NCBI GenBank assembly: GCA_963748215.1
Contig: CAVVHS010000006.1
Coordinates: 64,001-128,000 of the forward strand
Length of the DNA: 64,000 bases
Direction of reading: 5' to 3'
Source: an uncultured Gammaproteobacteria bacterium
GTDB taxonomy: Bacteria > Pseudomonadota > Gammaproteobacteria > UBA9214
Shown here: positions 1 through 8,536 of the stretch, one piece after another
How positions within the stretch are numbered: position 1 is the first letter of the stretch
How the letters are laid out: every line of letters begins with the position of its first letter
Translations under genes and position numbers: made by a program
The notes under the pieces: generated by a model
Told to the model about the DNA's origin: nothing
Seen by the model: only the letters and a program-made list of their open reading frames with translations
Databases searched by the model: none

Positions 1-2463
1 GGTGTTATAGGCAAAGGCACCCGCCGGGCTTGGCTCATCGAGGGTCAGAAAGTCCGGGTTGCCGGAGCGGTCCACGCCGTTTTCATCGAGGTCCATCCAG
101 GCCCCTTCATAGATGATGAGCACCCCCGGCATACAACGTTCGGTGACATAGGCGGGTACAACGACCTTGCCTCGCTCATTCCAGACTTCGCAGATATCCC
201 CCATCTTGATTCCCAGCTTTCTGGCATCCGACGCGTTTACGGTGACCTCCTGCTCGTAGGTCTCCCGCAGCCAGCTGCAATTGTTGAAAATCGAATGCGT
301 CCGATGGCGGGGATGCGGCGAGATCAGGTGGAACGGGTATTTGTCTGTTTTCGGACTGTTCAGTGATTCCCATGGCTCGATCCACTTCGGGATAGCCGGG
401 ATATGATAGCCGTACATGGTCTTGGTCCAGTCTGTTATCTGTGCAAGCTGGGTTGAGAGGATCTCGATCTTCCCGGAGGGGGTCTGGAAGGGCAATCCTT
501 TCTCAATCTGGTCCTGAAACGCGACATGTGGTCGGGACAGTTTGAACTTGTAGACACCTCTGCGCTTGAATTCATCCCACGGCATGGTCACGCCCTGATG
601 GGCCATGACCTTGTGCTCCCACCAGTCGCGCAAATAGGCCTCGTCGACATCATCCTCATACTGGAAGTAGTTACGCGTAGCCTTGGGATTGAAGTCGCGG
701 CCAAATTCAGGGCTTATTCGATAGGCCAGTTCAGTGAAGATCTGGAGGTCGGTCTTGCTTTCCCCCAGCGGTTCGATGACTTTGGGACGATGGATGTAGT
801 AATGCCCCTTGTACCACGGCAATGCAGCGTCGTGCCGCTCGAAATGTGTCGCCACCGGCAGCAGCACATCGGCCCAAAGCCCGGACGGTGTAATGGTGGA
901 ATCCATGCACACCACCAGCTCCATCTTCTTGATGGCCTGCAGCTCCTTGTTGATATTGGTGAGCTGGTTCAACCAGTCGGAACCTTGCCAGAAGATACCG
1001 CGGATATTGGGGATCTGTCCGTCAGTTGCATCCTCGCGTGGCCACAGGCCGATCTCTTCGCGCTTGACATTGGGATAGTTCAAAACACAGTGCGCCCAGC
1101 GATCGGACTTGATCGACTGGAACCAGATGTTCGAGTACTTGTCGTAAGGGTAAGCGACAGCCTCCGCGTGCCAGGCTTTGCCCACACCTTCGGCGCAACC
1201 ACCCAGGATGCCGATATTGCCGGTCATGGCCTGCAGTGCCGCTGCCATACGGTTGTATTGTTCGCCGTAGGCGTTACGGCCCGGCGCCCACGAAGCCTTG
1301 AGCGCAGCCGGCTTAGTGGTCGCGTACATATGAGCGAGCTTCTTGATGTCAGCGGCTTCCACGCCGCAAATCCCTGCAGCCCATTCAGGCGTCTTGGGCT
1401 GGCCGTCGGAGTTGCCCAGGATGTAATCCTTGAACGACTCCTTGCCTCTGGCCCAGTCCGGCATGGTACCGGCGTCCATGCCCTGCACGAATCGATTGAT
1501 GAAGGACTGGTCCTGGAGATTGCTGGTGAATATATAGTGCGCCATGCCCGCCAGCATGGCCGCATCGGTATTGGGCCGGATGGGAATCCACCACGCGTCA
1601 TATACCGCGGCCGAATCCGTATATTGCGGGTCGATCAGCACGAACTTGCAGCCTTGCTGTTTGGCCATGCGCATATAATAGAACGTATTGCCGCCATGGA
1701 AGGTATAGGCCGGGTTCCAGCCCCACATGATGATCAGCTTTGAGTATGCAAAGACGTCGTCCTCGTTGCCGTCCTCAATTGTGCCGAAAGTCGTGCGCGA
1801 GCTGAAGGTGGTGCCTTGATAGGAGGGCACTGACCATGAGTTGGTACGGCATCCGAACATTCCGAGGAAACGGGCAAGCAATCCTTCGATCTGGTCGGAT
1901 TTATGCAAAACACCATAAGAGGCGCCCGCATAGCTCTGGTCGAGGAGGGCCGTGGGCCCATACTTGTTCTTGATCTCAACCATCTTGGTGGCAACATGAT
2001 CGAGTGCGGTATCCCAGGAGACACGTTTGAATCTGCCTTCGCCACGTTCCCCGACGCGCATCATGGGATACAGCAGGCGCTCCGCCGAGTAGATGCGCTG
2101 GCGGTATGAGCGGCCGCGCAGACAGGCCCTTAACTGGGGTTCTTCAAATGTGTCCTTGCCGTGTTGACCGTCTGCCTGATAGCTTCCGTCGTCGGTCGAC
2201 AGGCGGACGATGACATCACCCTTTTTGTGGGCCACCAGCATGTGACGGGAACCGCAATTGTGTGCGCAACTGGTGACTACGGTTTCGAGTTCATCATCAC
2301 GTGGATAGGGTTCGTAAGCAAAGGCCCTGGCCTGTTTCGCAGTACGCAGGTCAATAAGGCTGCCGCCGGTCAGGGTCGCGGCGCCAGCAGCAGAGGTCTT
2401 CAGGAATGACCGTCGGGTCATGTTAAGTCGTGATGCGAGCGCCTTCAGTTTATCAGGATCCAT
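1..2463 (-). CDS. Tat-exported DMSO-reductase-family (DmsA-like) molybdopterin oxidoreductase catalytic subunit; 3' end beyond window start
   Basis: Absent from ORF track because no stop lies in the window. Manual translation from ATG at 2463 is open to base 1: MDPDKLKALASRLNMTRRSFLK (Tat), CAHNCGSRH...RACLRGRSYRQRIYSAERLLYPMMRVGERGEGRFKRVSWD, MWGWNPA, WIPIRPNTDAAM, FQTPSGKIEI, HPRHRTHS, C-terminal molydopterin-binding domain. Confidence 0.9.
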   Translation of the reverse strand, partial: MDPDKLKALASRLNMTRRSFLKTSAAGAATLTGGSLIDLRTAKQARAFAYEPYPRDDELETVVTSCAHNCGSRHMLVAHKKGDVIVRLSTDDGSYQADGQHGKDTFEEPQLRACLRGRSYRQRIYSAERLLYPMMRVGERGEGRFKRVSWDTALDHVATKMVEIKNKYGPTALLDQSYAGASYGVLHKSDQIEGLLARFLGMFGCRTNSWSVPSYQGTTFSSRTTFGTIEDGNEDDVFAYSKLIIMWGWNPAYTFHGGNTFYYMRMAKQQGCKFVLIDPQYTDSAAVYDAWWIPIRPNTDAAMLAGMAHYIFTSNLQDQSFINRFVQGMDAGTMPDWARGKESFKDYILGNSDGQPKTPEWAAGICGVEAADIKKLAHMYATTKPAALKASWAPGRNAYGEQYNRMAAALQAMTGNIGILGGCAEGVGKAWHAEAVAYPYDKYSNIWFQSIKSDRWAHCVLNYPNVKREEIGLWPREDATDGQIPNIRGIFWQGSDWLNQLTNINKELQAIKKMELVVCMDSTITPSGLWADVLLPVATHFERHDAALPWYKGHYYIHRPKVIEPLGESKTDLQIFTELAYRISPEFGRDFNPKATRNYFQYEDDVDEAYLRDWWEHKVMAHQGVTMPWDEFKRRGVYKFKLSRPHVAFQDQIEKGLPFQTPSGKIEILSTQLAQITDWTKTMYGYHIPAIPKWIEPWESLNSPKTDKYPFHLISPHPRHRTHSIFNNCSWLRETYEQEVTVNASDARKLGIKMGDICEVWNERGKVVVPAYVTERCMPGVLIIYEGAWMDLDENGVDRSGNPDFLTLDEPSPAGAFAYNT

Positions 2464-2487
2464 GTAGATACCCATTCTGTTCGATGA

Positions 2488-3297
2488 TCACTGTGCTGGT
2501 TGTACGGATTCCCCGGCTATGCCGCCAAGAAAACGTGCCTCCGATTCGCTGGGCCGGTCCTTTGCCCAGTCAGGAATCTGCTCGGCGATACCGGGCCAGC
2601 TATGACGCGGGAAAGGGAAACTGGTCCGGAACCATGCGCGTCCGCCGTGGCAGCCAAAACACACATCTGCATCTTCCTGGCCAGCCTGTTCGATGGCTTC
2701 GGCATTGAGGAAATTAACCTGGTGGCGATGGGTACGGATCGCAATATGGCAGGTCAGACATGAATCACCGAAGGTTTCGCTGACTTCGAGCCACGGGCCG
2801 GGCAGCCCCATGAGCTGGTAATCAAACTTTCCATGACACATCAGGCAGGTCTTCGGATTGACCACCTTGCGCAGCGTGAAGCCGGCATCGTTGCTGGTTG
2901 GCGGGACTGGTGCCTCCTCGCGAGGGTCGTGGCCCTGATGACAGGTGTTGCACTTCATGTCCATCACCCGTTTCGCCAGCGGCGTTACCAGGTGACGCCG
3001 GTGAAAAGTCTCCTGTGGTCCTGCATAGGTGTTCAGAGTCTGGTACCACGCCAGCGCTTCACTGGCCGTAACCCCGGCCGGTGACTGTTCCAGCACCTTG
3101 CGTTCCAGTATTTCCTGATGGCAACCCAGGCACTGTTCATCGCTTGTGCTATCGATTGCCGGTTTAAAATGGCTGGGATCCCAGCGCGCGGCTTCATATG
3201 CCTCTGTATCAGGATCGGCTGCCCGGACATCTATCCAGGCAGTAATCGTGCTTACCATAGCCAGCAGCAGAAAGATGGTTACCTTGACAGTTTGCAT
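2488..3297 (-). CDS. Periplasmic pentaheme cytochrome c
   Basis: Five CxxCH motifs (CLGCH, CNTCH, CLMCH, CLTCH, CFGCH); hydrophobic N-terminus; ATG at 3297 preceded by AAGGA. Confidence 0.9.
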   Translation of the reverse strand: MQTVKVTIFLLLAMVSTITAWIDVRAADPDTEAYEAARWDPSHFKPAIDSTSDEQCLGCHQEILERKVLEQSPAGVTASEALAWYQTLNTYAGPQETFHRRHLVTPLAKRVMDMKCNTCHQGHDPREEAPVPPTSNDAGFTLRKVVNPKTCLMCHGKFDYQLMGLPGPWLEVSETFGDSCLTCHIAIRTHRHQVNFLNAEAIEQAGQEDADVCFGCHGGRAWFRTSFPFPRHSWPGIAEQIPDWAKDRPSESEARFLGGIAGESVQPAQ

Positions 3298-3388
3298 CAA
3301 TCCCGTGTCCTTGAGAAAAGACAAATCAGTTCATGGCGAAAGAGATCAGAGGGTACGTCCCTGTACCCCCAGGATCCCTATTGAACCC

Positions 3389-4741
3389 TCACTCGCCCTT
3401 GGGTGGCGTCCATTCTTTCTTGCCTTCCATGCCCTGCATTCCGGACATACCGCCCATGCCTGACATGCCGGACATACCGCCCATGCCTGACATTCCGGAC
3501 ATACCGCCCATACCTGACATTCCGGACATACCGCCCATACCTGACATTCCAGACATACCACTGGCCGGATAGAAGTAGATCTGGCCCTGGGGTGTGATCT
3601 GGAAATAGCCGGACATACCGCCCATGCCACCCATGCCTCCCATGCCGGACATACCGCCCATGCCGGACATGCCGCCCATGCCGGACATGCCGCCCATGCC
3701 GGACATGCCGCCCATGCCGGACATACCGCCCATGCCACTCATACCGGACATGCCGCTAGGTACCCAGACCCACTGGCCGCCCATGCCTTGCATACCGGAC
3801 ATACCGCCCATGCCTGACATTCCGGACATACCGCCCATGCCTGACATGCCGGACATACCGCCCATGCCGGACATGCCACCCATGCCTGACATGCCGGACA
3901 TACCACCCATGCCGCTCATGCCTGACATGCCGCCCATACCGGACATCCCGCTCATACCACTGGCCGGATAGAAGTAGATCTGGCCCTGGGGTGTGATATT
4001 GAAGTAGCCGGACATACCGCCCATGCCACCCATGCCTTGCATGCCGGACATACCGCCCATGCCTGACATTCCGGACATACCGCCCATGCCACCCATGCCT
4101 TGCATACCGGACATGCCACCCATGCCGCCCATGCCTGACATACCACCCATACCGCCCATGCCACTCATGCCGGACATGCCGCCCATGCCGCTCGGCACAT
4201 AGACCCACTGGCCACTCATGCCTTGCATGCCACCCATACCGCCCATGCCTGACATACCACCCATGCCGCCCATGCCGGACATGCCACCCATGCCACCCAT
4301 GCCTGACATGCCGGACATACCACCCATGCCGCTCATGCCTGACATGCCGCCCATACCGGACATCCCGCTCATACCACTGGCCGGATAGAAGTAGATCTGG
4401 CCCTGGGGTGTGATATTGAAGTAGCCGGACATACCGCCCATGCCACCCATGCCTTGCATGCCGGACATACCACCCATGCCTTGCATGCCGGACATGCCGC
4501 CCATGCCTTGCATGCCGGACATGCCGCCCATGCCTTGCATGCCGGACATACCGCCCATGCCTTCCATGCCGGACATACCTTCCATACCGGACATACCTTC
4601 CATACCGGACATGCCTTCCATACCCGACATGCCGGCCATACCCGCCTCAGCGGAATGGACTTGCGGTGCACCGATCAGAGATCCCATTACGGTAACCAGT
4701 CCGATGATTTTCTTGAAGCGATACATTCGTGACATATTCAT
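3389..4741 (-). CDS. Secreted methionine/glycine-rich repeat protein (450 aa; 113 M-x-G triplets in six blocks separated by aromatic spacers)
   Basis: Strong RBS (GAGGAGAAGGAG) before ATG 4741; Sec-type signal MNMSRMYRFKKIIGLVTVMGSLIGAPQVHS; third-position variation between repeats while the frame stays open. Confidence 0.85.
   Translation of the reverse strand: MNMSRMYRFKKIIGLVTVMGSLIGAPQVHSAEAGMAGMSGMEGMSGMEGMSGMEGMSGMEGMGGMSGMQGMGGMSGMQGMGGMSGMQGMGGMSGMQGMGGMGGMSGYFNITPQGQIYFYPASGMSGMSGMGGMSGMSGMGGMSGMSGMGGMGGMSGMGGMGGMSGMGGMGGMQGMSGQWVYVPSGMGGMSGMSGMGGMGGMSGMGGMGGMSGMQGMGGMGGMSGMSGMGGMSGMQGMGGMGGMSGYFNITPQGQIYFYPASGMSGMSGMGGMSGMSGMGGMSGMSGMGGMSGMGGMSGMSGMGGMSGMSGMGGMSGMQGMGGQWVWVPSGMSGMSGMGGMSGMGGMSGMGGMSGMGGMSGMGGMSGMGGMGGMGGMSGYFQITPQGQIYFYPASGMSGMSGMGGMSGMSGMGGMSGMSGMGGMSGMSGMGGMSGMQGMEGKKEWTPPKGE
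3425..4640. repeat. 9-bp coding tandem repeat with a ~400-bp higher-order unit
   Basis: CATGCC-nnn / CATACC-nnn periodicity; cassette CCACTGGCCGGATAGAAGTAGATCTGGCCCTGGGGTGTGAT occurs three times (~3557, ~3957, ~4374). Confidence 0.95.
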
Positions 4742-4879
4742 ATCTTTCTCCTTCTCCTCAATAATATTCTTCTGAGTTAGACTGCGGTTATCCGCAGTCT
4801 GGTTTGGCACCGGCCTGGCAAACAGGCCGGGGTTTCTTTGCGCCCGCGTAGCGGGTGAGGCTGAGCAGCCAGGCGCCCT

Positions 4880-5200
4880 TCAGTCACCGGTATACCAACC
4901 ACGCATGTCATAATGGCCCGTCATGCCTGGATGGATAAACGGCGTATACCAGTTACCCTGGTCCTCGAGAAAACCGAGGCTGTTGGGGTAGGGCTTGCTT
5001 ACGCCTGTCAGTGCTTGCTGATACCAGACGTCACCCTTGATCACCTGCTTGATGACAGGTGCGTTGTTTGGACGCTCATAAGGTGTGAGACCGGCTATTG
5101 GATACTCTGCCTGCGCAACGCTCCATGCACTGAGCAGTGCAGCCGTAAGTCCGACGGACACTTTTCCCTGTCGATGATGTTTCAACTCACTCCTCCCCAC
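4880..5200 (-). CDS. Small secreted hypothetical protein, first gene of the operon
   Basis: Signal peptide ending AQA; Pro/Gly/aromatic-rich mature part (YPIAGLTPYERP...DQGNWYTPFIHPGMTGHYD); start codon uncertain. Confidence 0.7.
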   Translation of the reverse strand: MGRSELKHHRQGKVSVGLTAALLSAWSVAQAEYPIAGLTPYERPNNAPVIKQVIKGDVWYQQALTGVSKPYPNSLGFLEDQGNWYTPFIHPGMTGHYDMRGWYTGD

Positions 5201-5276
5201 GAGTGAAAGTCACAAGATCATACCGCGCTTTGATTTTCAAAATGCGGTTTGCCTTTAACTCCCTCAAATCTAATGT

Positions 5277-5293
5277 AGCAAACTCTGAGCCAA
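5277..5293 (-). promoter_or_regulatory. sigma54 -24/-12 promoter of the molybdoenzyme operon
   Basis: Minus strand TTGGCTCAGAGTTTGCT, GG-N10-GC spacing, ~75 bp upstream of first gene. Confidence 0.65.
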
Positions 5294-5570
5294 TAGCCGT
5301 CAACTTCCTGCAAGGGTCTGTTGTCAAACGGGTATTAGACTGATTGGCGGGAGCCGGGTGTCGTTCGCCAGTTACTGAAATCTGCCAATTTGGCGAGAGA
5401 AAAGGCTGGATACACACAACCTCATTGATTTGCCTGGAGAATTATTTATGCCAAATTTGCAGGTGATAGTGCGTTTCGCCAGCCGGGAGTGTACAGGCTG
5501 CGCAGCATGCATTTCGACGAGATCCGGGAAGGGTGTTAAGGACTTTTCACCGGATTGTCGGGCAGGAATA

Positions 5571-6374
5571 CTAAAATAAAGGCAACAGCTCGCCGTTCCG
5601 CTTGTTAATGATCAATTCATTACGCAACCTGTAGGGTGGTATTTGGTCAACAATCTTGACAAGATAAATCCAGTTGATGTTGCGAATACCGCCCACGCCA
5701 AGCTCTGTATATCCGGACTCCAAACGCCAGTTTTCACTGATCCGCCATGCCTCTTCGATGGTGTTTACCGGCAACTTTACCCCTGCCGTGAACAGGAATT
5801 CCTGTTGTTCTTCGGCACAATCCGCTTTGGTTGCGGTGGGAAGTGGAAGGGGGTGCGCTGGCGCCAGGAGATGTAAAGCGTTGCTGCCTTCCTGTACCAG
5901 ATTCCAGCTGTAAGCCTCTAACAATTCATGTAATTGCTGCATATCTTCAGATGACACCGTCAATGTGATCGATACAGGTGCCGGTTCCTGTGCCGGTGGA
6001 GTGTCCCGTAATGGCAATAAAAGGGTGGAACCATCAGGGGCGCGCTCTACGCGCCAGCCACGCGTTTCCAGCAGGCTGCGCAGGCTTTCAAAATCGCCGG
6101 TCATCGATGGCTGCGGCACAGTGACATCGTCTGCCTCCGCTGCCTGTGGAGTGTCTCGTAACGGAAATAACAGGGTGGAACCATCAGGGGTACGCTCTAT
6201 ACGCCAGCCCCGCGTTTCCAGCAGGCTGTGCAGGCTTTCAAAATCGCCGGTCATCGATGGCTGCGGTGCAGCGACATCGCTCGCCTCCGCATTCCATGCC
6301 CATATGGCATATCCCGTCAAAGCAAGCACCAGAACCCATCGGAAAGCCTCGTGCCACCGGATCAGAATTTTCAT
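5571..6374 (-). CDS. Secreted/membrane-anchored hypothetical protein with a 50-aa internal duplication and possible PepSY-like C-terminus
   Basis: GAGGAG RBS; N-terminal hydrophobic segment; PQPSMTGDFESLxSLLETRGWRxERxPDGSTLLxPLRDTP twice (DNA 5998-6140 and 6148-6290). Confidence 0.75.
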   Translation of the reverse strand: MKILIRWHEAFRWVLVLALTGYAIWAWNAEASDVAAPQPSMTGDFESLHSLLETRGWRIERTPDGSTLLFPLRDTPQAAEADDVTVPQPSMTGDFESLRSLLETRGWRVERAPDGSTLLLPLRDTPPAQEPAPVSITLTVSSEDMQQLHELLEAYSWNLVQEGSNALHLLAPAHPLPLPTATKADCAEEQQEFLFTAGVKLPVNTIEEAWRISENWRLESGYTELGVGGIRNINWIYLVKIVDQIPPYRLRNELIINKRNGELLPLF

Positions 6375-6486
6375 GTTATGCTCCTCAATACATTAATAAT
6401 AATTAGTTAATCGACCGCGCAGGGTATGTGCATGGCGACTTTGTTATCGACCTGGGTAGCAGGTGTCGGGCGCTCGTTATGGACGG

Positions 6487-6503
6487 AGCAATTGTCATGC
6501 CAG
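6487..6503 (-). promoter_or_regulatory. sigma54 -24/-12 promoter
   Basis: Minus strand CTGGCATGACAATTGCT, near-perfect consensus, upstream of 6374 gene. Confidence 0.75.
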
Positions 6504-6629
6504 TTGCCAGGTACAAGGCAGGCATCCAAATTGAGTCGCTGCGGAACCTGACTCACACACTGGTGTATTTTCCGGTTGAGGAGGTGTCCGCTTTGGGGCT
6601 GCCAGTATCGCAGTAGCTTTTGATGTTAG

Positions 6630-8534
6630 ATGAATATAATGCCCACAGCGACCACACGTTGGATAAAGACGAGTCTCAGCCGCAAGTTTCTGTCAGGCGT
6701 CGCTGCAGGGCTGGTCGTGACCTCGCTTGTCTTCCTGTTGTTGTTTATGGCCATGTACCGCGCCCAGTTGCAGTCAGAACGCATCCAGGCCGTAGAAGAT
6801 ATTAATCGGCTGCTGCAGACGTCTCTGGAAAACGCAATGCTCAAGCGGGATCTGGACGGACTGCGCGACATCGTTGCCAGACTCGGTCAACAGGACGGCA
6901 TTGTTGGGGTAATGATCGTCAATCCGGACGGTGAAGTGCGTTTTGCCGCTGATCAGAACATGCTGGGGCACCAATTTTCCAGGGAAACGGATTCAGCCTG
7001 CCGCGTATGTCACTTGAGCGGAAGCATGCCTGACGACACCACTGTTTTTACCGTAAACGAACGGGGGCAGGAGGTCTTGCGCAGCGTTAACCCCGTGCAG
7101 AACAAGGCAGCCTGTATCGGTTGCCATGGCCCGATAGAGACTCATCCTGTCAACGGCGTCCTGTTTGTCGACTACGATGCATTGCCCATTCGTCGTCATG
7201 CGCAACAAACGACTTTGTTACTCATGGGATCCGGTGCCCTGGTGGTGTTGATCACGTTAACGGGTGGCTGGTGGTTTATGCGCCGATTCGTTCTGCAACC
7301 GGTACAGCAGTTGTGCAAAGCCAGCCAGGCGATGTCAGAAGGACAACTTGATGCGCGTGTCCACTTGCCCGTAACAGATGAACTGGGAGAGCTCGGCCGC
7401 ACTTTCAACGTGATGGGAGAACGTCTGGAGCGGAGTATGCGTGAATTACAGGAGAAAGATTTATTCCTGCAAGGCGTTGTGGATGCCATTCCAGACGGTA
7501 TTCGCGTGATAGACGATCAGTTCGCAATTGTGCTGTCCAATCAGGCCTATCGCCAGCAGCTGGGTCTTGCAGAGGAAGAAGAAAGCGCCAGGCCGTGTTA
7601 CCTTTCCAGCCACAAGCGTTATCAACCCTGCCCGCCAACACTGGTACGCTGTCCGCTTCACGAGATCCTGAAAAACGGCGAGCCTGTGAAAGTGCTCGAT
7701 CAGTTTATTGGTGCTGATGGTCGGCCGTTTTCCGTGGAAGTGGTTGCTGCACCCATGCAGATGCCTGTCGGGGATGACTCCAGGACCCTGATCGTGGAAT
7801 CAGTGCGTAATCTCGAAGAACATGTTCTGTTCTCACAGGAACAACGACTTTCAGAACTGGGACGACTCGCGGCTGGTGTGGCCCATGAAATTCACAACCC
7901 GCTGACATCTATACGCCTTGCACTGGACTCGATGGTGAAAGCGGGGAAGCAGGCTGATGGGAACCTTTCCAGGGCATGGGACTATCTTGAGGTTATTGAT
8001 TCACAGGTCGATCAGTGCATCAGCATAACAGAGCGACTCCTGAAAATGAGCCTGTCTCCTGGGCAGCGCCAGGTTGTGGATATGAATGTCGCGGTTGGCG
8101 AGGTTATATCACTGGTTGCATGGGAAGCCGAGAACAAGAGTGTTTCAATCCATCAAAAACTCGATCCAGGCAACCCGCGGGTCATTGCGACTGAAAGCGA
8201 ATTTCGTACTGTGATCCTGAATCTGGTGCAGAATGCCTTTCATGCAATGCCGGATGGTGGACGGATCGACATCTGCACCCGGAAGAATAACGGAAACGTA
8301 ATACTCATCGTCGGGGATACGGGGGTGGGCATTCTCCCTGAAGACCGGCCGCATATCTTCGAGCCTTTCTTCAGTCGCCGTGCTGACGGCGTGAATGGCA
8401 CAGGGCTCGGCTTATCCATTCTTCGGGCAGTTGTCGACCACTATGGCGGACGCATCGAGGTAGAGAGCCAGCGCGGTCAGGGTAGCCGATTCACCGTATT
8501 ATTTCCCGATGCCGATAGCGAGGGAAGGTACTAG
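6630..8534 (+). CDS. Sensor histidine kinase with periplasmic diheme-c domain, HAMP, PAS, HisKA, HATPase
   Basis: Two TM helices flanking CRVCH and CIGCH; DELGELGRTFN (HAMP); GVAHEIHNPL; NLVQNA, DTGVGI, GTGLGL. Confidence 0.92.
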   Translation: MNIMPTATTRWIKTSLSRKFLSGVAAGLVVTSLVFLLLFMAMYRAQLQSERIQAVEDINRLLQTSLENAMLKRDLDGLRDIVARLGQQDGIVGVMIVNPDGEVRFAADQNMLGHQFSRETDSACRVCHLSGSMPDDTTVFTVNERGQEVLRSVNPVQNKAACIGCHGPIETHPVNGVLFVDYDALPIRRHAQQTTLLLMGSGALVVLITLTGGWWFMRRFVLQPVQQLCKASQAMSEGQLDARVHLPVTDELGELGRTFNVMGERLERSMRELQEKDLFLQGVVDAIPDGIRVIDDQFAIVLSNQAYRQQLGLAEEEESARPCYLSSHKRYQPCPPTLVRCPLHEILKNGEPVKVLDQFIGADGRPFSVEVVAAPMQMPVGDDSRTLIVESVRNLEEHVLFSQEQRLSELGRLAAGVAHEIHNPLTSIRLALDSMVKAGKQADGNLSRAWDYLEVIDSQVDQCISITERLLKMSLSPGQRQVVDMNVAVGEVISLVAWEAENKSVSIHQKLDPGNPRVIATESEFRTVILNLVQNAFHAMPDGGRIDICTRKNNGNVILIVGDTGVGILPEDRPHIFEPFFSRRADGVNGTGLGLSILRAVVDHYGGRIEVESQRGQGSRFTVLFPDADSEGRY

Positions 8535-8536
8535 TT

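Noticed and set aside
526-1743. 405-aa plus-strand ORF
   Set aside because: Antisense shadow of the molybdoenzyme gene, which the ORF track missed because it runs off the window
3425-4640. Possible CRISPR array or true collagen
   Set aside because: No unique spacers or cas genes; Gly periodicity lacks Pro and charged residues and the spacers break the register
3333-4775. Pro/Met/Asp-repeat, AWAVCP-repeat and His/Arg-repeat ORFs in other frames
   Set aside because: By-products of the 9-bp repeat; only the M-x-G frame has an RBS, a signal peptide and uninterrupted length
5438-5454. TTGGCATAAATAATTCT as a further sigma54 promoter
   Set aside because: Lacks the -12 GC; better explained as overlapping the candidate enhancer palindrome
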